A stretch of DNA of 64,000 nucleotides, taken from NCBI GenBank assembly GCA_963851265.1, contig CAWKNZ010000003.1, forward strand, positions 192,001 to 256,000. Reading direction: 5' to 3'. This document shows positions 10,015-19,446 of this stretch, piece after piece (position 1 is the stretch's first letter; every line of letters begins with the position of its first letter). The stretch comes from an uncultured Gemmatimonadales bacterium (GTDB lineage: Bacteria > Gemmatimonadota > Gemmatimonadetes > Gemmatimonadales > Gemmatimonadaceae). The notes under the pieces are model-generated. The model had not been told where the DNA came from, did no database searches, and was given only the letters and a program-made list of their open reading frames with translations. The position numbers were made by a program, and so were the translations under genes.

Positions 10015-11586
10015 TTAGCGCGGGGTGAGCGGGATGTTCACCACGCGCTGGCCGTCGCGGAACTGCACGAGGAGCGAGACGACACCGCTGGACGAGGCGC
10101 TCGACAGGGTGCTCTGCAGATCGCTCGTCGTCCGGATCGGGCGCGAGCCAGACGCGCTGAGGACGGCGCGGATGACGTCCCCCTGCTGGAGGAACGCCGA
10201 CGACGGGCCGGTCGGATCGACGTCGGTGACGACGAGCCCCTGTGCCGGGGCCGTGAGCCGCAGCTCCTGCGCCAGTTCGGGGGTGACGGGGGCGAGCTGA
10301 ATGCCGAGCTTGGGCGCGGCGCTGCCGCGCTCCGGCGCGGTCGTCGGCGTGGCGGCTACCTGCTTGTCGGCCGGCGCCTCGCTGAGAGTGACCGTCGCGT
10401 TGCGCTGCGAACCGTAGCGCTGCGTGGTGAGCGCGACCGTGCTGCCCGGCGTGCGTCCGTAGATCGTGCGCTGGAGCGTGGCGACCGTCGCGATCGGCTC
10501 GCCGTCGACGGCGGTGATGATGTCGCCCGGCTGCAGGCCGGCCTTGGCGGCGCCGCTGCTCGGCTCCACCGAACCCACCAGGGCGCCGCGGATCTGCGTC
10601 AAGCCCGCCACGCGAGCGTCGGCCGGCTTCACGTCCGAGATGGTCACGCCGAGGAGCGCGCGGCGCACGTGGCCGTACTTGAGGAACTGGTCCATCGCGA
10701 TGCGCGCGATGCCGACCGGGACGGCGAACCCGTAGCCGGCGTAGACGCCCGTCGGGCTCTCGATGGCGGAGTTGATGCCGACCACGCGCCCGGCGAGGTC
10801 CACGAGCGGACCGCCGGAGTTGCCCGGGTTGATGACCGCGTCGGTCTGCAGGAAGTCGGCGACGGCGGCGCGCTGCCCTTCGAACAGGCCGGCCAGGTCG
10901 CCACCACGCTCCTTGGCCGAGATGATCCCGGTGGTGACCGTGGAGCGAAGGCCGAGCGGGTTGCCGATGGCGACGACCGGCTGACCGACCTGCACCTGGC
11001 GGTCGTCCCCGAGCGTCACCGTGGGCAGGTTCTGCCCGTCGATCTTGATGAGGGCGACGTCGGTGCTCGGGTCGCGGCCGATCACGCGGGCCGTGAACAG
11101 GCGACCGTCGGTGAGCGACACCTCGATCTTGTCCGCGTCGGCGACGACGTGGTTGTTGGTCAGGATGTAGCCGTCGGGCGCGACGATGAAGCCCGAGCCC
11201 GAGGCGCGCGCGGGGCCGCGCTGCTGCGGACGCGAAAATGGCGAGCCCGGGCCCTCGAAGCCCGGCGGCAGGAAGCCCGGCGGAAACGGGCTCGACCCAC
11301 CCTGCTCGCGGTTGGCGGTGCGACGCGGGATCTGGACGTCGATGTAGACGACGGCCGGGGTGACGCGGCGTGCGACGCCGACCACTCCACTGTCGGTGCG
11401 GGGCGTGGCCTCGTCGACGCGGACCGCGGCCGTGGGCGTCGTCTGTCCGTCGGCCGGGCGGCAGCCCGAGACGGCGGCACCACCGGCGACGGCGGCGAGG
11501 AGCGCGACCGCCGCGCCGTGGCGGCCGGTCGTGCCGAGGCGGATTTGGCCGGGACGGGGCTGACCGGGGCGGTTGTGGCGTGACAT
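10015..11586 (-). CDS. DegP/HtrA (Do family) serine protease with two PDZ domains, probable lipoprotein
   Basis: GSGFIV, LTNNHVV, TDVALIK, AIGNPLG, QTDAVINPGNSGGPL; lipobox AVSGC. Confidence 0.95.
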   Translation of the reverse strand: MSRHNRPGQPRPGQIRLGTTGRHGAAVALLAAVAGGAAVSGCRPADGQTTPTAAVRVDEATPRTDSGVVGVARRVTPAVVYIDVQIPRRTANREQGGSSPFPPGFLPPGFEGPGSPFSRPQQRGPARASGSGFIVAPDGYILTNNHVVADADKIEVSLTDGRLFTARVIGRDPSTDVALIKIDGQNLPTVTLGDDRQVQVGQPVVAIGNPLGLRSTVTTGIISAKERGGDLAGLFEGQRAAVADFLQTDAVINPGNSGGPLVDLAGRVVGINSAIESPTGVYAGYGFAVPVGIARIAMDQFLKYGHVRRALLGVTISDVKPADARVAGLTQIRGALVGSVEPSSGAAKAGLQPGDIITAVDGEPIATVATLQRTIYGRTPGSTVALTTQRYGSQRNATVTLSEAPADKQVAATPTTAPERGSAAPKLGIQLAPVTPELAQELRLTAPAQGLVVTDVDPTGPSSAFLQQGDVIRAVLSASGSRPIRTTSDLQSTLSSASSSGVVSLLVQFRDGQRVVNIPLTPR

Positions 11587-11805
11587 TGGGACAGGCGACG
11601 GGTCGGGTGGCGCGCGGAAGGTGGCGCGCGGGTGGTGGCCAAGCGTACGAACGGCAGGGCGCGTTCCATGAAACCTTCCATGACCACGCGCGGCGGGCCG
11701 TCACCGCTTACTCGCCACCCTCAACGTTCGGGAGCGAGAGTTGTACCCGCGACGCGAGCGGCCGTTCTCACCGTCAATCGGCTCGGGGCGCCTCGATGCC
11801 TGACG

Positions 11806-12522
11806 TCACGCGAGGCCGGGGAGCGCGAACACGGCCCACACGTGGCACGCGCTGCCGGCTGCGACGAAGAGGTGCCACACGGCGTGCCCGTACCGCACGC
11901 GCCAGTCGGTCGCATAGAACGCGACCCCCGCCGTGTAGCACACGCCGCCCGCGACCAGCCACAGCACGCCTTCGAGCGAGACCCGCTCGAGCAGCGGCTT
12001 GAGGGCGACGAGCGCGAGCCAGCCCATGCCGATGTACATCCACGTGGAGAGGCGCGGCCAGCGAAAGCCGTAGCGCAGCTTGACGACGATCCCGGCAGCC
12101 GCGAGCCCCCACTCCGCGGCCAGCAAGCTCCACCCCCACGCCCCGCGCAGCGCGCCCACGAGGATGGGCGTGTACGACCCCGCGATGAGCAGGTAGATGG
12201 CCGCGTGGTCGAGCGTGCGGAGTCGCTCCTTGCGTCGCACCCGCCGGTCGTCGGCCGCGTCGGCGGTCGCGTCGGCGGCCGCAGCGCCCGTCGCAGCGCC
12301 GCCTGTCGGGCAGGCGTGATAAAGCGTGGACGTCAGGTACATCAGCACGAGCGACGCGGCGAACACGGCCGCCCCGCCCACCCGCCACGCGTCGCCGCCA
12401 CGGCGGACGGTGGCCGCGACGACGAGTGGGCCAACGATCACCGCGGCGGCCAGCCCGAGCCCGTGCGTGATGCTGTTGGCGATCTCTTCGGGCGCGGACT
12501 GCGGCCGGCCGGGAACGAGCAT
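11806..12522 (-). CDS. Hemolysin III / PAQR family membrane protein
   Basis: EEIANSITHG, STLYH, DHAAIYLLIAGSYTP, HAVWHLFVAAGSACH. Confidence 0.93.
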   Translation of the reverse strand: MLVPGRPQSAPEEIANSITHGLGLAAAVIVGPLVVAATVRRGGDAWRVGGAAVFAASLVLMYLTSTLYHACPTGGAATGAAAADATADAADDRRVRRKERLRTLDHAAIYLLIAGSYTPILVGALRGAWGWSLLAAEWGLAAAGIVVKLRYGFRWPRLSTWMYIGMGWLALVALKPLLERVSLEGVLWLVAGGVCYTAGVAFYATDWRVRYGHAVWHLFVAAGSACHVWAVFALPGLA

Positions 12523-12595
12523 GATGGAGAGGAGCCTGATGACCTGGACGGACGCACGAGATACCGGCGAAACGACGCCGGCGCGTCATGGCGCG

Positions 12596-13060
12596 TTATG
12601 CGGCGGACTTACCCGGATCCTGCCGCAGCCAGTCCGCGATCTGGTTGTGATGTCGCGCGATGGTCGCCCAGTTCCGCTCGACGATCGCGCGCGTCTCGGC
12701 ACCGAGCGGTTGGCGCGACGCGAGCGCATAATTTCGCTCGGCCTGGTCAAGTCCGCTCTCGACCTCGCTGAGTGTCGCGCTGTCGTCGTGGCCGCTCACG
12801 GCCGCCTTCACGTTCTGCAACGCGCGCCGTGCCTTGGCCTCGAACTTCCCACCCGCCTCGGGAGCGCCGCCCAGGCGCCGGATTTCGGCCTCGAACTCGA
12901 CCGCGTGGGTCGCGGTCTCGACCGCGAACTCGCCGAGTGCGGCCTTGATGTCGGGACGCTGTACCGATTCGGCCGCGTCTCGATAGTTCTCCGCACCGTC
13001 ACGCGACCCCGTGAGCAGAGAGTTGAGAGCGTCGATCGCTCCGGAGTCAGGCGTGGTCAT
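12596..13060 (-). CDS. PA2169/DUF2383 four-helix-bundle (ferritin-like) protein
   Basis: LNSLL...RDGAENY..AAE; EIRRLGG.P; VKAAVSG.DD.A.L.EVE.G. Confidence 0.85.
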   Translation of the reverse strand: MTTPDSGAIDALNSLLTGSRDGAENYRDAAESVQRPDIKAALGEFAVETATHAVEFEAEIRRLGGAPEAGGKFEAKARRALQNVKAAVSGHDDSATLSEVESGLDQAERNYALASRQPLGAETRAIVERNWATIARHHNQIADWLRQDPGKSAA

Positions 13061-13139
13061 GCGGTGCCCTGTGAGGCGTGAAGTGGTGTGCGGCGACGTG
13101 AACCGCGCGCCGGTCCGCGCTCCCGAGCGAGTCGCGTGC

Positions 13140-14384
13140 CTACGCCGCCCGACGCGCGGCCGGCCGCGCCTCGCCTACGGCGAGTCCTGCCGCCGGCGCC
13201 GCGCGCAGCGTCACCGCCGCCACCTCGGGATACGCCCCAATCCGGAACGGCACGCCCCAGAAGCCCGTCCCGGGGTGCACGTAGAGCAGCGCGTCGCCGC
13301 GCTGATAGCCCCCCATCGCGTGCTCGAGGAACGGGGACGCGAGGCTCCAGCCGCGGCGCGGGAGGGCGAACTGACCCCAGTGCGTGTGCCCGCTCAGCGT
13401 GAGTGCGGCGCCGCGGTCGGCGAGCGCGGGCCAGAGCGCAGGATTGTGGGCGAAGGCGACCACCGGGACGCCGGCGGGGACGCGGGCGAAGGCGCGGCCG
13501 AGGTCGACCGCGGCCGATTCGCCCACGCCGGGCACGTCGGCGACGATGCGCCGCTGCGCGCCGGCGCCGCCCGCGGCGGGGTCGCCCGTGCCCAGCAGCG
13601 CGAGCGAGGCGCCACCGCGGCGAATGACGTGGACGTCGTTGACGAGGACGTGGGCCGCGGTGAGGCGGCGCAGGCCCTGCGCGACGGCCGGCCACCCGGC
13701 GTAGACGTCGTGGTTGCCGGGGATCAGCACCGTGCCGAGCTGTGGCGTGGCGACGCCCTGAAGCTCCGCCACCCACGCCGCGAACCCCGCCACGTCTTCG
13801 GCCCGATCGTCGACGAGGTCGCCGGTGAGCACGATGAGGTCGGGGCGGAGCGCGGCCGCGGCGCGCGCCGCACGCGCGAGGAAGTGTCGCGACGTCTGCG
13901 GCCCCACGTGGAGGTCGGAGAGCTGCACGACGCGCAGTCCGTCGAACGCGGCCGGCAGCCCGGGCACGCGCGCCTCGACCTCGCGCACGACGAGGCGGCG
14001 CGAGCCGATCCAGCCGAGGAAGAGGATGAGCGAGCCGACGATGAACGCGCTCGCGGCCGCCCACCGGCCCGCGACGAGCGTCCGCCCAAACGCCGCGCCC
14101 ACCAGCATCCCGAGGAGCGCCACGGAGGCGACGATCGGCAGCAGGAGCTGGGCGTACAGCGCGGGCCGGACGACGAACAGGCGGAACGCCGCCGTCGGGT
14201 AGCGGCGCCACGCGCCGCGCCGGGCGAGGAACGCGACGAGCGGTGCGGTGGTGTAGATCGCGGCCGCCGCGGCCGCGACACCCAGCGCCGCGTGCGCGGT
14301 CGCGGCGAGGGCGATGAGGACGCCCCACGACGCGACGAGATAAGCGGCGAGACGCGGGACGGCGGACGGGGGGCGGGTGGCCAT
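13140..14384 (-). CDS. Membrane-anchored metallophosphoesterase (YkuE-like)
   Basis: SDLHVG, TGDLVD, GNHD, AHNP, LSGHTHWGQ. Confidence 0.92.
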   Translation of the reverse strand: MATRPPSAVPRLAAYLVASWGVLIALAATAHAALGVAAAAAAIYTTAPLVAFLARRGAWRRYPTAAFRLFVVRPALYAQLLLPIVASVALLGMLVGAAFGRTLVAGRWAAASAFIVGSLILFLGWIGSRRLVVREVEARVPGLPAAFDGLRVVQLSDLHVGPQTSRHFLARAARAAAALRPDLIVLTGDLVDDRAEDVAGFAAWVAELQGVATPQLGTVLIPGNHDVYAGWPAVAQGLRRLTAAHVLVNDVHVIRRGGASLALLGTGDPAAGGAGAQRRIVADVPGVGESAAVDLGRAFARVPAGVPVVAFAHNPALWPALADRGAALTLSGHTHWGQFALPRRGWSLASPFLEHAMGGYQRGDALLYVHPGTGFWGVPFRIGAYPEVAAVTLRAAPAAGLAVGEARPAARRAA

Positions 14385-14453
14385 GGGCCTGCTACCCCGC
14401 ACGCGGCGCGCCGTGCGCCCGAGGTCGCGCGTCGCGAGGCGCCGTGCGGGCCG

Positions 14454-15200
14454 TCACGCGTCGCGCCGCACGGCGCCGCCGGCGTCGAGCACGTAGCGCG
14501 TGAGCCCCGCGACCGTGCGGATGCCGAGCTTGCGCATCAGGCTCTCGCGGTGGGTCTCGACGGTGCGGTGGCTGATGCCGAGCTCCGCGGCGATCTCCTT
14601 GTTGGTCGCGCCTCGGGCGATGCCGTCGAGCACGTCGCGCTCGCGCGCGGTGAGCACGTCCAGGGGGGGCGCGCCGCCCACCGCCGCGCCGGCCGCGCCC
14701 GCGTTCGGGAGATCGCCGTCGGCACCGGATGCGGCGCTCGCGCCGTCGTCCGGTGTCACGGGCGGCAGCGTCACGCCGGTGAGGCCGAGCGCGGCGGGGG
14801 TGCTGAAGTAGGTGCCCCCCGCATGCACGGCGCGCACGGCGAGGCGGAGTTCGGCGGCGGCGGAATCCTTGAGCAGGTAGCCACTCGCCCCCGCCCGAAC
14901 GCCCTCGCGCACGTACTCGGCGTTGTCGTGCATCGACAGGATGAGCACGCGCGTTTCGGGCACCGCGGCGCGAAGCCTGGGCGCGACGCGCAGGCCGCTC
15001 TCCCCCGGCATGGTCACGTCGAGGACGACGACGTCGGGCCGGTGTTCGGCGGCGAGCGCCAGGGCCTGCTCGCCGTTGGCGGCTTCGGCGACGACCTCGA
15101 ACCCGGGCTCGCCGGCGAGGACGTGACGGATGCCCTCGCGCACGACCGCGTGGTCGTCGCAGACGAGCACGCGGATGGACGGGGGGACGACCGCGCTCAC
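14454..15200 (-). CDS. NarL/LuxR-family response regulator
   Basis: VCDDHAVVREG, VLDVTMP, GYLLK; C-terminal LTARERDVL...GATNKEIA..L.IS.RTVETHR; GTG overlaps Uma2 stop. Confidence 0.95.
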   Translation of the reverse strand: MSAVVPPSIRVLVCDDHAVVREGIRHVLAGEPGFEVVAEAANGEQALALAAEHRPDVVVLDVTMPGESGLRVAPRLRAAVPETRVLILSMHDNAEYVREGVRAGASGYLLKDSAAAELRLAVRAVHAGGTYFSTPAALGLTGVTLPPVTPDDGASAASGADGDLPNAGAAGAAVGGAPPLDVLTARERDVLDGIARGATNKEIAAELGISHRTVETHRESLMRKLGIRTVAGLTRYVLDAGGAVRRDA

Positions 15201-15814
15201 TCGGTATCCCGTCCGCGACGCGGCGTCGGAGGCGGCGGTGCCTCGCCGCCCTCGTAGATCTCGTCGAAGGTCATCGTCACCGGCGCGCCGTCCGCGCCGG
15301 GCGGACAGGGGAACGTGATCGCCCCGTCCCCGACGACGTCCGTGACGAGCCACGTGCCGTCCGCCGGCCGCGTGTACCACTCCGCCCTGCGGCGCGGCTG
15401 GTGGACGACGACGTAGGCCCGGAGGGACGGAAGCGAACGGTACGCGGGCCCCTTCTCCCGCCGGTCGGTGCGCCGGGTGCTCGGCGAGAGCACCTCGACG
15501 AGCACGCAGGGCGCCGTCTCGATGTGCCGGTCGTCGGGGGGCGGGCCGCAGGCGACCATCACGTCGGGGTAGTACTCGGCGTTCGCGTTCACGACGAGCC
15601 GCACCGTCTCGAACGAGACCCGGCGTGGGCCGCCGCGCGCCGCCGCGAACAGTCGGGTGACGACGTTCAGTGCGACTCTGTTGTGGTCCCGGCTCTCGCC
15701 GGCCGTCGCGTGGACCTGCCCGGTCACGTACTCGTGCCGAACGTCCGCGCGCAGTTCGCGCGCGCGGTATTGCGCGACCGTGCGGAGCGGGCGGGGGGTG
15801 ACGGACGTCGTCAT
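15197..15814 (-). CDS. Uma2 family PD-(D/E)XK endonuclease
   Basis: RHEYVTG, YYPDVMVAC, LVEVLSPST...DR.EK..AY..LPSL..YVVV. Confidence 0.9.
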   Translation of the reverse strand: MTTSVTPRPLRTVAQYRARELRADVRHEYVTGQVHATAGESRDHNRVALNVVTRLFAAARGGPRRVSFETVRLVVNANAEYYPDVMVACGPPPDDRHIETAPCVLVEVLSPSTRRTDRREKGPAYRSLPSLRAYVVVHQPRRRAEWYTRPADGTWLVTDVVGDGAITFPCPPGADGAPVTMTFDEIYEGGEAPPPPTPRRGRDTE

Positions 15815-15909
15815 GCGGGCAAATTACCGTCACGCGCGAGGTGGGGAAGCCGAAACGGCGGCGTCCGCCACGCGTGCGGTCACAGCATCAATGTCGGGAG
15901 TCTGCACGC

Positions 15910-17244
15910 ATGTTGGCACGCCTTGGTTTCGCACGCCTTGGTTCGTTTCGGCCGCGCGGCGCGGCCCTGGTCGCCCTCGCCGCCGCATGCGGGGCGGCAG
16001 GGTGCGGCAGTTCGGACGCGATCACCGGCACCACGGGCGGGGGCTCGACCGGATCGGCGACGTTCACCTTCACACGACCGCCCGATCCCTCGCCGTCGCT
16101 CGCGGGGCGGGGCGCGCTCACGGCGTCGCAGGCGGGCACGCGCCTGCCGCGCCTCGCCATCGCCGCGCTCATCGCGACGAAAGGGGCCGGGAACGCGTTC
16201 AGCGCGCGCTACGACGCGCAGCCGTACCGCGTCACGTACCAGACGGTCGGCGTCGGCGGCACTCTCGCCACCGCGACGGGCGCCGTGTACTTCCCGGCGG
16301 GCGTCGCCGCGGGCGCCGCGATCCCGGTCGTGGTCTACCAGCACGGCACGGTCACCAACCGCACGGCGGTGCCGTCGACACTCGACCCGACGGACGAGGG
16401 CGCGCTGTTCGGCAGCGCGTACGCGGCGGACGGTTTCGCCGTGGTCCTGCCCGACTACCTCGGCTACGGCGGCAGCGCGGCGCCGTACCACCCGTACGTG
16501 CACGCGGCCACGGAGGCGTCGGCGGCCGCCGACCTGCTGCGCGCGGCGTTCGCGCTGGCCTCCCAGCAGGGGGTCACGCTCGACCGGTCGCAGCTGTTCA
16601 TCACCGGCTACTCCGAGGGCGGGCACGCGGCGGCGGCGCTGCAGCGCGCGCTCGAGCGCGATTACGCGACGGAGTTTCCGGTGCGCGCGTCGGCGCCGAT
16701 GTCAGGGCCGTACGACCTGAGCGGGACGGCGTCGCGGCTGCTCGCGGCCAACCCGTCGTACGCCTCGAGCGTCGTCTACAGCCTGCTGCTGGGGGCGGCG
16801 ATGACGCGCACGTACGGCCTCACGGCGAACCTGGGCAACGTGTTCGTGCCGCCGTCCGACGCCACGGCCGCGGCGCTCGTCGCGGGTTCGGTGAGCACCG
16901 CGCAGCTCACGGCGTTGCCGACGCAGGTGCGCGCGGTGTTCCAGCCGGCGCTACTCACGGCGCTCGCGGCCGACCAGAACCATCCCTTCTGGCAGGCGCT
17001 GCGGGACAACGACCTGCTGGACTGGGCGCCGAAAGCGCCGACACGGCTGTACTTCGGCGGGGCGGACCGCGACGTGGATCCGACCAACGCGCCGACGGCG
17101 GCGACGCGGATGCGGGCGGCGGGGGCGACGAACGTGGCCGCGGTGAACGTGGGGGCCACGTTAGACCACGGCGGGGCGGTGGTGCCGGCCACCGTCGCGG
17201 GGCGGCTGTTCTTCGATAGCGTGCGGGCGGGGCTGGTGCGGTAG
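15910..17244 (+). CDS. Secreted alpha/beta hydrolase (secretory lipase-like) lipoprotein
   Basis: Lipobox LAAAC; YQHGT, PDYLGYG, GYSEGG nucleophile elbow, GPYDL, D..V, DH. Confidence 0.85.
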   Translation: MLARLGFARLGSFRPRGAALVALAAACGAAGCGSSDAITGTTGGGSTGSATFTFTRPPDPSPSLAGRGALTASQAGTRLPRLAIAALIATKGAGNAFSARYDAQPYRVTYQTVGVGGTLATATGAVYFPAGVAAGAAIPVVVYQHGTVTNRTAVPSTLDPTDEGALFGSAYAADGFAVVLPDYLGYGGSAAPYHPYVHAATEASAAADLLRAAFALASQQGVTLDRSQLFITGYSEGGHAAAALQRALERDYATEFPVRASAPMSGPYDLSGTASRLLAANPSYASSVVYSLLLGAAMTRTYGLTANLGNVFVPPSDATAAALVAGSVSTAQLTALPTQVRAVFQPALLTALAADQNHPFWQALRDNDLLDWAPKAPTRLYFGGADRDVDPTNAPTAATRMRAAGATNVAAVNVGATLDHGGAVVPATVAGRLFFDSVRAGLVR

Positions 17245-17279
17245 CAGAGACGCGCGTCGATCGACGTCCGCGCGACCAA

Positions 17280-17409
17280 CGAAGGCCCTGTGCTTTCCGC
17301 CGGCGGGAGCCATCGTGTGCAGCGCTCCGTCGATCAGTTCGTACAACACGTCGCGCTCGGGGAGCGCGAGCAGCTCGTCAGCCGCCGTCAGCCGCGTCGC
17401 GGTCGTCAT
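17280..17409 (-). pseudogene. Truncated Uma2 endonuclease (N-terminal about 40 codons)
   Basis: MTTATRLTAADELLALPE...YELIDGALHTMAPAGGKH is a typical Uma2 N-terminus; similarity then stops at the convergent lipase 3' end. Confidence 0.7.
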
Positions 17410-19319
17410 GTCACCCTCCCGGAGGGCGTCCCAGCCCCGACCAAGCTAGCCGAGTCGCCGCCCACGGCCGAGCCCGGGCGCCCGGGCGCCGAGGGCACCC
17501 GCACGCGGACCTCCGCCCCGCCCCGCGCCGCATCGCCCACCACCACGCTCCCGCCTAACGCCCCGATCCGCTCGCGCATGCCGACGAGCCCCATGTGCCC
17601 GTCGCGCTCGTAGCGCGCGAGGTCGGCCGGCGCGCCGAGGCCGGCGCCGTCGTCGCGCACGGTGAGGGCAAGGCCGCCCGATTCGCGCGCGAGGGCGACG
17701 GCCACGCGCGTCGCCCCCGCCGCGTGCCGCGCGACGTTGGACAGCGCCTCCTGGACGGCGCGGAAGAGGGCGAGGTCGGCGTCTTCGGGGAGGGCCGGGA
17801 GGGTGTCGGGCACGTCGAGCGCGACGGCGATGCCGGTGCGCTCCTCGAAGTCGGCGGCGAGCGAGCGGAGCGCCGGGAGCAGGCCGAGGTCGTCGAGCAG
17901 CGACGGGCGCAGGGCGTTCGTCACGCCGCGGATGCTGCGGATGCCCGTGTCGATGAGGCCGAGCACGCGGTCGAAGCGCGCGCGCTGCGCCTCGCGCTCG
18001 CCGTCGTGCGCGGGGTCGCGCGGCGCGTCGCCGCCGGGGTCGCGGCCGGCGAGGTCGCGCAGGACGCCGAGCTGCATCTTCACCGCCGAAAACACCTGCG
18101 CCGTCTCGTCGTGCAGCTCGCGCGACAGTCGGCGCCGCTCGTTCTCGTGCGCGCGGAGCATGCGCGACGAGAGGCGCTCGAGTTCCGCCGTGCGCGCCTC
18201 GAGCGCGTGGTAGAGGGCGGCCGAGTGGAGCGCCGCGCCGACCTGCTGGCCTAACGCGCGGAGGAAGCTCTCGTCGAGGGCCGTGAACGGGTCGCGCGCC
18301 TCGCCGGCGAGGACGAGCGCGGCCTCGGGCGCCCCCTCGGGCGCCCCCTCGGCCGGCACGGGGAGCGCGGCGACCGAGGCGTGGCCGGCGATCCCCTGCG
18401 CGACTTCGGGGCGCCCCGTCGCCCGGAGCCTGCCTAACAATGCGGCGAGCGCCCCGCCGGGCTCGGTGCCGCTCCACCCGGCGCACGTGCCCGCCCCCGC
18501 CGCGCAGACGAAGTGCGCCGCGCCGTTCGCCGCCGCGCCGTTCGCCGCCGGGGAGACGACGTAGTACGCGGTCCCGCGCACCGCCGGCAGGGACAGCGGG
18601 CGCGCGAGGAGGGCCGCGAGCGGGTCGGCGAGCTGCGGGGCGCGCTGCAGGTCGCCCGACAGCGCCGAAAGCGCGCCGAGTCCGCGGCGCAGGTCGTCCA
18701 TCACGAGGAGCATGATCCCGCCGCCCACGGCGAGCTCGAACGCGATGTCGAGGTAGTAGCCCCACGGGCTCCACGCCCCGCGCGCGCGGAGGAACGGGTA
18801 GTCGAGGTGGTGCAGCGCCCAGAGGCCGAACGCCACGCCCAACACGAGCGCGCCGGCCGAGCCGACCTGGCGGTGGTAGCGCCAGAAGGCCGCGCCCGCC
18901 CACGCCGTCGCGAGGGCGAGGAAGACGACCATCGGCGCGGCCGCGAGCGCGAAGTTGTCGAGCCGGTAGATGGCGACGAGCGACCACGCGGTCGGGAAGA
19001 GCGCGGCCGCGAGGTACCGCCAGCGCCACGCGAGCTGCCGCGAGAAGACGAGCGCGGCCCAGAGCAGGGTGAGCGCCGTGAGGCCCGTGACCACCTGGTG
19101 CAGGTACAGCCACTCGCGCTCGCCGCGGACGAGGAAGCTGCCGATCGCGACGAGGCGCACGACGTAGAGCGTCCAGGCCGCCGCGAACCACGCGAAGTAG
19201 GGCTTGCCGTGCCGCCGGTACAGGAACAGGCAGAGCAGGCCGAGTCCGGCCGTGATCGCGGTCTGGAGCGCGGCGGCGGCGAACTCGGTGCGCGCGAGGT
19301 CGGGCAGGTGCCAGGGCAT
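17406..19319 (-). CDS. Membrane sensor histidine kinase (7TM + GAF-like + HisKA_3 + HATPase)
   Basis: ENERRRLSRELHDETAQ, LRPSLLDDLGL, QEALSNVARHA, DDGAG, GLVGMRER. Confidence 0.93.
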   Translation of the reverse strand: MPWHLPDLARTEFAAAALQTAITAGLGLLCLFLYRRHGKPYFAWFAAAWTLYVVRLVAIGSFLVRGEREWLYLHQVVTGLTALTLLWAALVFSRQLAWRWRYLAAALFPTAWSLVAIYRLDNFALAAAPMVVFLALATAWAGAAFWRYHRQVGSAGALVLGVAFGLWALHHLDYPFLRARGAWSPWGYYLDIAFELAVGGGIMLLVMDDLRRGLGALSALSGDLQRAPQLADPLAALLARPLSLPAVRGTAYYVVSPAANGAAANGAAHFVCAAGAGTCAGWSGTEPGGALAALLGRLRATGRPEVAQGIAGHASVAALPVPAEGAPEGAPEAALVLAGEARDPFTALDESFLRALGQQVGAALHSAALYHALEARTAELERLSSRMLRAHENERRRLSRELHDETAQVFSAVKMQLGVLRDLAGRDPGGDAPRDPAHDGEREAQRARFDRVLGLIDTGIRSIRGVTNALRPSLLDDLGLLPALRSLAADFEERTGIAVALDVPDTLPALPEDADLALFRAVQEALSNVARHAAGATRVAVALARESGGLALTVRDDGAGLGAPADLARYERDGHMGLVGMRERIGALGGSVVVGDAARGGAEVRVRVPSAPGRPGSAVGGDSASLVGAGTPSGRVT

Positions 19320-19446
19320 GGGGCAAGCTACCCCGTGCGGGTCTCGCGGCTCCGGCGCGCGGCGCCGCGCCGCCGCGCCGCAAAGATCGACACCGCCGGC
19401 GGCGCGGCGGTGCCGGCGCCGTGACCGGCGCGTGTATCGTGCAGGC

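Noticed and set aside
15917..18550. Short tandem duplications (GCACGCCTTGGTT x2 in the lipase signal peptide; AANGA and APEG duplications in the kinase)
   Set aside because: In-frame 12-15 bp slippage events in flexible regions; no evidence of function. The TGGCACG near 15914 lacks a correctly spaced -12 GC, so it is not a sigma54 promoter.
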